DNA of 63,413 nucleotides, filler included, from Octopus bimaculoides (GCF_001194135.2; 4 parts of 4 records of this genome joined end to end with filler, not necessarily neighbours in it), one strand, 5' to 3'. Positions 50,147 to 62,425 are shown, numbered from the whole stretch's first letter. Notes: generated from the letters alone by a model not told the origin. Made by a program: numbers and translations.

Positions 50147-50791
50147 CGGTTTCAAATTTTGGCACAAGACCAGCAATTTCTGTGGAACGGGTTAGTCGAT
50201 TAGATCGACCCTAGTTTTTTTAACTGGTACTTATTTTATCGACCTCGAAAGGATGGAAGGCAAAGTTCAACCTCGGTGGAATTTGAATTCAGAACGTAAA
50301 GACGGACAAAATGCTGCTAATGATTCTGCCAGCTCGCCGCCTTAACATCACCGAACATTACTTTCAAATTTTGGCACAAGGCCTGCAATTTCGAGGGAGG
50401 AAATTAGTCGATTATATCGACCCCAGTATTGAACTGGTGGTTATTTTATCGGCCCTTAAAAGATGAAAAGCAAAGTCGGCCTCGGCGTGATTTGAACTCA
50501 AAACATAAAGACGGACGAAATGCCGCTAAGCATTTTGCCCGGCGCGGTAAAGATTCTTATTTCTTTATTGCTCACAAGGGGCTAAACATAGAGGGGACAA
50601 ACAAGAACAGACAAAGGGATTAAGTCGATTACATCGACTCTAGTGCGTAACTGGTACTTATTTAACCGACCCCGAAAGGATGAAAGGCTAAGTCGACCTC
50701 GGCGGCATTTGAACTCAGAACGTAGCGGCAGACGAAATGCCGCTAAGCATTTCGTCCGGTGTGCTAACGTTTCTGCCAGCTCGACGCCTTA
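50147..50791 (-). mobile_element. Three stacked SINE B copies (50147-50344, 50362-50557, 50558-50791)
   Basis: Three bodies; the flank TTAACATCACC follows both the first and the last head. Confidence 0.9.
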
Positions 50792-51611
50792 ACATCACCA
50801 GATATTAATTCAGGTTGCAATAACTTAAATATATTAAGGGTTTGGTTTACAAGGAAGGAAACTAGAATCAACTGGTTGAACTTTTGAAGTTGGAATGGTT
50901 CTGTGATTGAAGTAAAATAGTGTTTTCTTCCATTGTCTCCTTTCATTGATAAAACGATCTTGTATATCAACATACACACACAAATATCTACGTGTGTGTA
51001 TATGTGTATGTTGTACGTTTATCTGTTTGTTAATATATGTATATATGTGCATATATTTATGTGTATGCATGTATGTATGTATATATATATATGTGTGTGT
51101 TTAATACAATAATGGGATAAGCTCTTATATAAGAATTTATTAAGTAGTTATCGTGAAAAAAATTCATAGGGAAGAATCTATCGTTTTTCCCTAAATCATA
51201 TTTATCTATTTATATATATATAAGGGTATATATATATATNNNNNNNNNNNNNNNNNNNNNNNNNNNNNNNNNNNNNNNNNNNNNNNNNNNNNNNNNNNNN
51301 NNNNNNNNNNNNNNNNNNNNNNNNNNNNNNNNNNNNNNNNNNNNNNNNNNNNNNNNNNNNNNNNNNNNNNNNNNNNNNNNNNNNNNNNNNNNNNNNNNNN
51401 NNNNNNNNNNNNNNNNNNNNNNNNNNNNNNNNNNNNNNNNNNNNNNNNNNNNNNNNNNNNNNNNNNNNNNNNNNNNNNNNNNNNNNNNNNNNNNNNNNNN
51501 NNNNNNNNNNNNNNNNNNNNNNNNNNNNNNNNNNNNNNNNNNNNNNNNNNNNNNNNNNNNNNNNNNNNNNNNNNNNNNNNNNNNNNNNNNNNNNNNNNNN
51601 NNNNNNNNNNN

Positions 51612-51647
<36 letters not shown>

Positions 51648-52337
51648 GTATATATATATATATATATATGAGGGCATTCTTGTATAGCTATGCCCTTGTA
51701 TATATATAAATATATTTGTATGTGTGTATATGTATATATAATACGCATACACGCACATATATTTATAATCTATATATTTAGAAGTTGTTTGTTGTTTGTT
51801 AACGCTTACCTTATAAGCGACTGGTCAGACTCAAATGGCTGGAGATGATAGATATATAGATAGATATATAGATAGATATATAGATAGATAGATATACATA
51901 TACAAATGCAACATCATGCAATTAATGCGATCGAAACACGTGTTGAAAATTATTAGGAATAAACCAACTGTCCTTATTAAACATTTCCCTTACAATCAAT
52001 ATTGTACAATATATGCCGCGCACGCGCGCTATATGTATATTAGGGGGGCGGTCGTTAAATTCAAATCCGAGCATAACCACTTTCTCATTGCAGACATGAG
52101 CCTGTAAAAGGATTGATATTAATGTCTCCCATGGAATCTCGGATTACTGCCAAGCCCTGATTTATGGACGGTTATTCCCTAATGGCATATCGCAATAATG
52201 ACCGTCAAATTTATAACCAACCTAATCATAAATGATGGAAGGTTGAAGCTACATGGATCTAAAACCTATTTAAAACTATGTTAACACGCATTCACATATA
52301 CATGTGTGTGTGTGTGTCTGTTAAAGTCTGTCATACC

Positions 52338-52377
52338 GGCCATGACGAAGGGAAATAGCCCTGAAACTCGAGTCGCC
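52338..52377 (+). ncRNA. Minimal type I hammerhead motif with a 1-nt insertion in the core (GUC triplet)
   Basis: GGC C[A]TGACGA AGGG aaatag CCCT GAA ACTCGAGT C GCC. Confidence 0.7.
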
Positions 52378-52725
52378 TTTATATATATATATTTATATAT
52401 TTGATCCTTTATATTGAACACTCAATATTTCATCTACATTCAATACTTTCTTTCATGGTGCCATCCATTTTTATTTTATTTTATTTTATATTGTATATTG
52501 TATATCATATTATATATTGTATATTCCATATTCTATACCCCACATTAGTTCTGCAGGAATATAAATAAAACATAAAAAACAGACAGTGTTGGAACTCTTT
52601 TAAGCAAAATAATATATTCCTCTATNNNNNNNNNNNNNNNNNNNNNNNNNNNNNNNNNNNNNNNNNNNNTTAATTAATTAANNNNNNNNNNNNNNNNNNN
52701 NNNNNNNNNNNNNNNNNNNNNNNNN

Positions 52726-52736
52726 AGGAGGAGGAT

Positions 52737-52769
<33 letters not shown>

Positions 52770-52798
52770 GGAGGAGGAGGAGGAGGAGGAGGAGGAGA

Positions 52799-52833
<35 letters not shown>

Positions 52834-53450
52834 AGTGGTGGTGGTGGTGGTTGAGGTAGTATTGATAGTGATGCAAAAGATGATGATGAGGAAGATGATG
52901 AGAGGGTGAAGGAGGAACGACGAGAAAGAGAAGAATAGGAGAAGAGGGAGAGGGAGCGGAAAAAAGTGATGGATGAGAGTAACGATGGTAATACTGCTCA
53001 TGATGATGATGATGATGATGATGATGACGATGACAACGATGACGATGACGATGATGATGGTGATGACGATGTTGATGATAACGATGACCATGATGTGGAC
53101 GATGATGGATGATGAAAATGTTTGCCAAGGATTCAATCCTGCTCCCTTGCTCCACCCGTTACCCCTATACCTCTCTCCCACCTTCTCTCCTTCTCTACCC
53201 ACTCTCTCTATCCACTCACTCTTTCCCTCTCTCTCCCTCCATCTCTCTCTCTCCCTCCATCTCTCTCTCTCCCTCCATCTCTCTCTCTCCCTTCATCTCT
53301 CTCTCTCCCTCCATCTCTCTCTCTCTCCCTCCATCTCTCTCCCTCCATCTCTCTCTCCCTCCATCTCTCTCTCTCCCTCCGTCTCTCNNNNNNNNNNATC
53401 TCTCTCTCTCCCTCCATCTCTCTCTCTCCCTCCATCTCTCTCTCTCCCTA
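52726..53450. repeat. (GAG)/(GAT) tracts followed by a CT-rich minisatellite (CTCCCTCCATCT(CT)n units)
   Basis: Directly visible. Confidence 0.9.
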
Positions 53451-54078
53451 CCCACCGCTTTCCCTCTTTTAGTTGAAACAGCTGCGCTAGTTTCCTTTAA
53501 ACGATGCAGTTACCAAGCAACAGGTACCATTTTTTTCTCCCTGCCTTTTCTCCCTCTTATGATAGACATATGATAAGTTACTGCAACGACAGCCAAAATA
53601 CCAATAAATATTATGGCTACTCATGTTTTCTCATCACAGTGAACAATAACTCAAATTATCCAACGAAAGATCTTCTAGGTGGTCGTTCCGAACAGCTGGA
53701 AATAACAGCTGGAAATAACAGCAGAACATCTCTCAAGCCACACCGTAATAGTTGCCCATGTTTATATGAATTTATTTAAATTAAAACATCAGGATTGTCT
53801 CCCTTAGTTTATCTGGTTAAGAATTTATTCTCGAGCTAACGATTTCATTTTCTTCTCTCTGCGAGTGTAAATTGCTTCATTAAAATTTCTTGATTCAGCC
53901 ACATGATGTTTGCACTGGCTTAACTGTTTTTTTTTCTTTTTTGCAGAAAAGGACCCTAAGTATTTCTTGAATCCTCGGTCATGGTTATAGGAAGGTAGTA
54001 GTAGTAATAGTAGTAGTAGTAGTAGTAGTGATGATGATGATGATGATGATGGCGGTGATAATGTACATGCACACACAA

Positions 54079-54125
<47 letters not shown>

Positions 54126-54196
54126 ATTACATACATACATTATTATTATTATTATTATCATTATTATTATTGTTGCTGTTGGTGTTGTTGTTGTTG

Positions 54197-54266
<70 letters not shown>

Positions 54267-54269
54267 GAT

Positions 54270-54485
54270 TAAGGCGGCGAGCTGGCAGAATTGTTAGCAC
54301 GCGGGACGAAATGCTTAGCGGTATCTCCGCTGCGTTCTGAGTTCAAATTCCGCGAAGGTCGACTTTTGCTTTTCAGCCTTTCGGGGTCGGTTAAATAAGT
54401 GCCAGTGAAACATTGGAGTCAATGTAATCGACTATTCCCCTCCCCTCAGATTTCAGCCTTGTGCCTACAGCAGAAAGGATTATTA
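54270..54485 (+). mobile_element. SINE B with GCCTACAGCAGAAAGGATT-type tail and (ATT)n
   Basis: Full head and body inside an (ATT)n tract. Confidence 0.9.
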
Positions 54486-55585
54486 TTATTATCATCATCA
54501 TCATCATCACTATCACATCATAAAGAATTACATTAGACATTTATGCATGCAATATATTTTTAGGAACATTAAAGAATATTAAATATATCTGTTATAAGAG
54601 ACGGGATATTTTAAATGAAGTTCGTATTGAAGAGATGTAAATTTTATTCCATTTCTGAATGTTCTCTTTAAGCAGAGATAATTGTTTAAGAGTTTAACAT
54701 ACTTCGATAAATTTAATCTTTCGATGTTTCACATAATTTTGAATTTGGCAGACTCTCAGCGTCAAACACGATTAAATGACTGTTTCTAGATAATTTCCGT
54801 TTATATGAAGTGGATGTTAGGAATTTAGTAAATGTAGATCATTGCATTGATTTTATGACAACCATCTCCTTATTCCAAACATGAAATAGAGAAGGGTGCT
54901 AACAACATTTTCTACCGATGTACGAATCATTCCGACTAAGAAATGTTGATTACGTATTCAGATATTAAGTCACGTGTTTAAGGATACGGGGAATTGTTGT
55001 TGTTATTTTTTGTTGTTGATGATGATGATGTTGTATAAACTTAGGTTAACCCTCACCAAGCAGACCGATCGTTAAACTCATTCCCACGGTGACCATCCTG
55101 TCTTTTTTTAGAAGCATAGAAAACTAAATTATCTAATCATTCTATCATATTTACTGCTTTCAGTCACTGGACTGCGACTATGTGGGGCCACTGTTTTGAA
55201 GATTTAGTCATATAAATCGACCCCCACCATTTATGCTTCGTTAAACTCTGATAGGTATTCTATCCTTCACTTTGCCGAATTGCTAACTTACAGGGCGAAA
55301 ACAAACCATCACCGATTGCCAAGACATATAAACACACACACACACACATGCACAATTAAAGAAGTGATTTTCTCCAATTCTTATTCTTACTGCCTTATAC
55401 TCTGAAATTTTTGAAATTCTTCGAAGCGTTATTTGAATTTACTTGTCAACCATGAAGAATTACCTACAATGATAATCCTACTTGCATTTATTGGTATCTG
55501 ATTCTTTGATGTGTTTAACCAAATTCGTTTAGCACTGAGTGCTTTTATAGATATCTTCCTGGATTTATTAATCCTTTTTACTTCT

Positions 55586-55648
<63 letters not shown>

Positions 55649-56013
55649 NNNNNNNNNNNNNNNNNNNNNNNNNNNNNNNNNNNNNNNNNNNNNNNNNNNN
55701 NNNNNNNNNNNNNNNNNNNNNNNNNNNNNNNNNNNNNNNNNNNNNNNNNNNNNNNNNNNNNNNNNNNNNNNNNNNNNNNNNNNNNNNNNNNNNNNNNNNN
55801 NNNNNNNNNNNNNNNNNNNNNNNNNNNNNNNNNNNNNNNNNNNNNNNNNNNNNNNNNNNNNNNNNNNNNNNNNNNNNNNNNNNNNNNNNNNNNNNNNNNN
55901 NNNNNNNNNNNNNNNNNNNNNNNNNNNNNNNNNNNNNNNNNNNNNNNNNNNNNNNNNNNNNNNNNNNNNNNNNNNNNNNNNNNNNNNNNNNNNNNNNNNN
56001 NNNNNNNNNNNNA

Positions 56014-56049
<36 letters not shown>

Positions 56050-56133
56050 TGCATATAGATATGTATGTATATACACACACACATACATACACACATGCAT
56101 ACATACATACATGCATACATACATACATACATG

Positions 56134-56480
56134 CGTGGCTGTGTGGTAAGAAGCTTGCTTCCTAATCATTTTGTTCCAGGTTCAGTCCCAGTGCGTGACA
56201 CCTTGGGCAAGTGTCTTCTACTATAGCCTCGGGCTGACCAAAGTCTTGTGAGTAGATTTTGTAGACGAAAGCTGAAAGAAGCCCATCGTGTACATGTGTG
56301 TGTATGTGTGTGTCTTTGTGTCTGTGTTTGCCCAGACCACCCCCACCCCCATCACCTCTTGACAACCTGTCTTGGTGTGTTTTTGTCCCCGTGACCTAGC
56401 GGTTCGGCAAAAGTGACCAATAGAATAAGTACTAAGTTTAAAAGATAAGCTTTGGGGTCGACTTGTTCGACTAAAATAAA
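56134..56480 (+). mobile_element. SINE A
   Basis: Head through GGGGTCGACTTGTTCGACTAAAA. Confidence 0.9.
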
Positions 56481-56821
56481 GTTCTCAGCGAAACAGCTGT
56501 TGCAAAACTACTATACTATATATATATCATATATGAGCAATCTAGCCCAGAAGGTTCTTTCGATGTGGCGAAAGTGAAAGTTGGCATTTTTTTTTTATTG
56601 CCGGCGAGGAGCTGCGCCTGCGCAGTAAATCTGAAGAATTAGGATGTATAAACGAGAGGCATAGAATTGATTACCACGTGTTTATATATTTTAGTCGTAG
56701 GTGTACCTGCTGAAAACGACTTCACCTAGCAAATTAGGGACTCAGATATAACTGAAAAGCTCCAAAATATATACGGGTTGTATGCTGACAGCCTGATATA
56801 AATTATTAACGTGATTTTATC

Positions 56822-56883
<62 letters not shown>

Positions 56884-57271
56884 CATGCATGTGTGTGTAT
56901 ATGTATGAAATATGTGTGACCTGCGAACTGTCTGTGCGTGCTTATTTTTATGTTAAAAGGACGTTACCATTTTATAATTCAAATGAAATACAAAATGTCT
57001 ATGTGCAATACGATGCTATTTGCATCATTGATAGTACAAAACAAGATTCAAGCAGACATTACGTCATAACTTATTACTCCACAAGGTTGGGCAAATTGCA
57101 CCTTGTCTCTAACCTGGTCTCTAACATTTGAATCTGGAGTATAATTTAGACCTGTTCCACAAGGAGTGCAAATAAATAAATATATTAATTAATTAATTTA
57201 TTAATAATCAACATCATACAGAATATCCCGTCTGATTTAATAAATATATAGCCTTAGCCGCTATTGATGTT

Positions 57272-57329
<58 letters not shown>

Positions 57330-57715
57330 CAGCAGCAGCAGCAGCAGCTACAGAAGAAGGGAGGGAGAGTAGGAAAAAAAATAAATAAGAAAAAGAAGGG
57401 AAGAGGAGGAGAGAAAGATATTTCGGGCGCAGAGAAATGGTTAATGGGAGAAAAGGATGAAAGAAGATGGCCGGATTACAATGAAGAAGACGGAAAACGA
57501 GGTGGGGGGGGGGGAGAATAGTGATGAAAGAAGGAGAATAATGATGAAGGAGAAGTAAAACGGAAGAAGTAAAAGAAAAAACCTGGAGGAGAAAGAAACA
57601 AAGTGTTATTATCAATTATCGATGAGGTCTTTACTCAAATACTTGAGCCTGGAATTGTGAAATACCGAGATATTTCATATATCACTATTTCTCTCTCTTT
57701 CTTTCTTTCTCTCCC

Positions 57716-57780
<65 letters not shown>

Positions 57781-58650
57781 NNNNNNNNNNNNNNNNNNNN
57801 NNNNNNNNNNNNNNNNNNNNNNNNNNNNNNNNNNNNNNNNNNNNNNNNNNNNNNNNNNNNNNNNNNNNNNNNNNNNNNNNNNNNNNNNNNNNNNNNNNNN
57901 NNNNNNNNNNNNNNNNNNNNNNNNNNNNNNNNNNNNNNNNNNNNNNNNNNNNNNNNNNNNNNNNNNNNNNNNNNNNNNNNNNNNNNNNNNNNNNNNNNNN
58001 NNNNNNNNNNNNNNNNNNNNNNNNNNNNNNNNNNNNNNNNNNNNNNNNNNNNNNNNNNNNNNNNNNNNNNNNNNNNNNNNNNNNNNNNNNNNNNNNNNNN
58101 NNNNNNNNNNNNNNNNNNNNNNNNNNNNNNNNNNNNNNNNNNNNNNNNNNNNNNNNNNNNNNNNNNNNNNNNNNNNNNNNNNNNNNNNNNNNNNNNNNNN
58201 NNNNNNNNNNNNNNNNNNNNNNNNNNNNNNNNNNNNNNNNNNNNNNNNNNNNNNNNNNNNNNNNNNNNNNNNNNNNNNNNNNNNNNNNNNNNNNNNNNNN
58301 NNNNNNNNNNNNNNNNNNNNNNNNNNNNNNNNNNNNNNNNNNNNNNNNNNNNNNNNNNNNNNNNNNNNNNNNNNNNNNNNNNNNNNNNNNNNNNNNNNNN
58401 NNNNNNNNNNNNNNNNNNNNNNNNNNCAAATTTAAAAGAAAAGTCTTTTTAAAAACATATTTGTGTAATATTCAAATACCAGGGGCATTTTCCTTGTTTC
58501 TGTCTGTCTCTGTTTCTCTTGTTAACTCTTGTGGGTTCGAGGTCGTTGTGAATTCTTTCCGATACTGAATATATCTTTTCATAATGTAACCTCGTGGGCA
58601 TCGGTACCATTTTCCTCTTTCTCTGTTCTTCCATTCTCCGAACTTTCCAT

Positions 58651-58686
58651 CTTTCCGACGAAGGGCTACGCCCGAAACGTCATACA
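58651..58686 (+). ncRNA. Hammerhead-like variant (CCGACGA core) in a Penelope pLTR-like segment
   Basis: CTTT CCGACGA A GGGC tac GCCC GAA ACGT C. U4 is replaced by C, and stem I is poor. Confidence 0.45.
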
Positions 58687-58772
58687 CTCTCTCTTTCCTT
58701 TCCTGAGCGTCCAATAATACTATCCATATCACGTCCTCACTTTGTTGTTTTTTGGTTATTGTTTTTTTTAAC

Positions 58773-58808
<36 letters not shown>

Positions 58809-58895
58809 CGGTAGAAAGATTAGGGAAATTTTCTACCAGTGGCTAATATGCATAAAATAGTCGATAGACAACATATTTTTCATATAAAATTAGTG

Positions 58896-59313
58896 TACAT
58901 TTATACACAAAAGAGGTGACCCTAACAGGATACCTTACATGCTAAAAGGACAGTCAAAACCCAAACCACGGTTACGAGTAATTTTGAAGGGGATGAAAAA
59001 AAACATTTTCAATAGTTACCACTTGTACCTAGGTTTCGAACATCAATGAACAAATAAAATAATTTGTTATCCGTGTTCTCATCAGCAAGGGCGCTACAAT
59101 TAACGTATAATTATAAGACAAATAAACAGCACATGCCTGATGTTTATAAAGATGAGGCATGATGTTCGAAACCTAGGTACAAGACGTAACTATTGAAAAT
59201 GTTTTTATTTTTCATCCCCATCAAAATTACTCTTAAGCGTGGTTTGGGCTTTGACTGCTCCTTTTAGCATGTAAGGTGTCCTGTTAGGGTCATCTCTTTT
59301 GTGTATAAATGTA
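58896..59313. repeat. Inverted repeat IR3 (arms 58896-59045 and 59160-59313)
   Basis: ~150-bp reverse-complementary arms around a 114-bp spacer. Confidence 0.93.
59022..59089 (-). ncRNA. Fully canonical type I hammerhead motif (G10.1-C11.1, GUA triplet, palindromic ACCUAGGU)
   Basis: Minus strand: CTTG CTGATGA GAACA..(31 nt)..TGTTC GAA ACCTAGGT A CAAG. Confidence 0.9.
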
Positions 59314-59360
59314 TAAATTGTCTTCTGCAATTATAGTTTTGGATCTTCAATACATATGAA

Positions 59361-59467
59361 GGCTTTGGTCGAGGCTATAGTATAAGACACTTGCCCAAGG
59401 TGCCATGCAGTGGGACTGAACCCGGAACCAAGTGGTTGGGAAGCAAGCTTTCTTACGACACAACCAT
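59361..59467 (-). mobile_element. SINE A head fragment
   Basis: GACACTTGCCCAAGGTGCC..GGGACTGAACCCGGAACC..AAGCAAGCTT. Confidence 0.85.
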
Positions 59468-59811
59468 AACATTATATAAATCAGAAGTAAGGTAAATATT
59501 TTTCATATAAAAATACTGCAGCAAAACAAAAGTGCTGCTAGTCAAGTGTTGACTCGTAATGGATTGAATAAACAGGGTTACGACTAGCAAACCATCTCGT
59601 AATTTTTACAAGTGATTAATTGTTATAAGACAGAAGCAATTATCTTGAGTGAGCGATAACGAATGAACAGCGGTCGATAAAATTAATCACTCCGTCTATG
59701 TCACTCTCTCTTGTTCTGTCTTCCTCTTCCTCTTTCCCTCTTTCTCTCTCTCCTTCCTCCTTCTCTTTGCAACTGTTACTTTTTTACATCCATTTACATT
59801 TGTTTACATCA

Positions 59812-60009
59812 GTGCTTTTGCATAAATGTGATGCCATATGAGACGCATTTTTTTCCCTCCAAAAATGTCTCGAAACATCACCCGGAGTCCAATATGTGAA
59901 GTTGCTTTAAATGCTCTAAGGCACTAAAATTTTCATTTCTGAATATATGCTGCTGAAATTGGAGTGCATCTAATATGTACGTGCGTCTTTTATGCCTTCA
60001 AATACGGTA
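59812..60009. mobile_element. Possible pogo-family MITE fragment
   Basis: The end reverse-complements to TACCGTATTTGAAGGCATAAAAGACGCAC, a pogo/Tc2-like TIR pattern; there is a second internal GAGACGCATTTTTT. Confidence 0.45.
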
Positions 60010-60718
60010 TATTGAAGTCGGCTGTTGCAGCTTCCAAGAGATTTATTCTCTCTAAAAGATCGATTTAGAATACAAGTAACTGAAAGATACCACCAAGTAG
60101 ATAGGCATGGCAGTTGAAACTAGCTCAAGGTGGATGTAATTGACAGGAAATAGCAAATGAAATCCTTCTGTAGGCGAAGACTAATTCAGTCATCGCTGCC
60201 CCACTGAGACGAATCGTACAGGCTCATGGACGAAAAGCTCGTAAGCTTGAGATACCTGCTGACGATGCAAAAAAGATTACTGACATTGCGATGCCTTTAG
60301 TCACCACCAGAAGAAGAGCTTACATTATCTCTAGGTCGCTCCTGCAGTTTTTGAGTGGGGCAAAGCATTTCTGATGTTTATTTTTTTTTCACCTAATGGT
60401 TTTTTTTAATATATATTTTCTTTGATTAGGGCATTCTGGTATCTTTTATCCTTTGCTTTTTCTGACATGCATTCTATAAGCACTTCAACAAACAGAGAAT
60501 AGGAACTGTGACATTTGTGCTCTGTTAGGAGCAGTTAGCTAAGTAAATGAGTTAAAACGACAGGCAATTGTGTATGTGTGTGTATGTGTGTGTGTATGTG
60601 TGTGTGTGTAAAGATATATATACACGCAACACATCTAGACGATAAAATACAATAAACTGTGAAAGTCTCAAAGATAAACTATGAACACCCTTTATATATA
60701 TAGATGTATTATGAACGC

Positions 60719-60760
<42 letters not shown>

Positions 60761-61082
60761 ACACACACACACACACACCAATGATAAATAGTGCACTTGT
60801 TTTTGTGAGTAAATGACGAAGTACTGAACCGGATAATCTAGGTTTTCAGAAAAAGAAATCAACTAACACGCGCATTACAAATACAATCTATGAGTGGAAC
60901 AGTGAAAGAATGCAAGACTTTTCTCAAGTTTGAAATGCGCCGTTGTTTTTGTTATCTACATTCCAATGATGGTNNNNNNNNNNNNNNNNNNNNNNNNNNN
61001 NNNNNNNNNNNNNNNNNNNNNNNNNNNNNNNNNNNNNNNNNNNNNNNNNNNNNNNNNNNNNNNNNNNNNNNNNNNNNNNNNN

Positions 61083-61138
<56 letters not shown>

Positions 61139-61932
61139 GGTATAATTTGGTATTGAGGAAATGTTTCAACTGAAGAAGACGTCTACAGTGCTTCGATTTT
61201 TTCTTATTAATTTGAAATAAATTACCTTCATTTCAATCCAACAATATTACAGGCCATGACAAAATCAAAGAAACAAAAAGAAAAGGTGAATTAACGCAGA
61301 AGAAACAAGCTCCAAATCCATCATGGTCGGCGTTGACTATATGATGGCTACAGTATGATAACTTAAGTCCGCCAGACCGACAGCCATATATAATGTATAT
61401 TTGTTGGCGTCAACATATTGATGCGGAAACATGATTCTTAAAAACTGTCTCTAGAACTGTTATCATTAGTCGCCATGAGGCGCAAACAAATTCCTTAATG
61501 ATTATTTTCTTTGGAGCTTCAAAGCTCTCCTCCTCTCCGTTCCACAATTAATGTTATATTGATACTGTTGTTATCGCCATGGCTGTTGTTGCTGTTTTTA
61601 TCGCCATGTTCGTTGTTGTTGTTGTTATTGATAATCTGTGATCAGCAATTATTTCTTCGTCGTTCTGGTTAAAAGTAATTATATTCAACTGGCATTTTGT
61701 TCTCTGTGAAAATGCAGGAAAAAAGCATTATGTTTTTGAAATGTGCTTTGTGGAAGCTGTCAACAATTCAATGATATGTTTTGTATTTATTCAAAATGTA
61801 TGATGTTTTATTTTAACAATATTTAGGGCCAAAATATCTATGTATACGTATATATGTATATGTATGCTTGTATATGCTTACGTGTATACGTATTTATGTA
61901 CATATGTATATATGTGTTCGTGTGTGTGTGTA

Positions 61933-61975
<43 letters not shown>

Positions 61976-62328
61976 NNNNNNNNNNNNNNNNNNNNNNNNN
62001 NNNNNNNNNNNNNNNNNNNNNNNNNNNNNNNNNNNNNNNNNNNNNNNNNNNNNNNNNNNNNNNNNNNNNNNNNNNNNNNNNNNNNNNNNNNNNNNNNNNN
62101 NNNNNNNNNNNNNNNNNNNNNNNNNNNNNNNNNNNNNNNNNNNNNNNNNNNNNNNNNNNNNNNNNNNNNNNNNNNNNNNNNNNNNNNNNNNNNNNNNNNN
62201 NNNNNNNNNNNNNNNNNNNNNNNNNNNNNNNNNNNNNNNNNNNNNNNNNNNNNNNNNNNNNNNNNNNNNNNNNNNNNNNNNNNNNNNNNNNNNNNNNNNN
62301 NNNNNNNNNTATATATATATATATATAC

Positions 62329-62359
<31 letters not shown>

Positions 62360-62425
62360 TATAAATATATATATGTGTGTGTGTCTGTGTGTGTGTCTGT
62401 GTGTGTGTCTGTGTGTGTGTGTATA

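Noticed and set aside
56490-56506. GAAACAGCTGTT half hammerhead
   Set aside because: The 5' half is absent (SINE A lies directly upstream), so it is not listed as a ribozyme.
56613-56626. TGCGCCTGCGCA NRF1-like motif suggesting a promoter
   Set aside because: A single short motif with no CpG island or downstream exon evidence.
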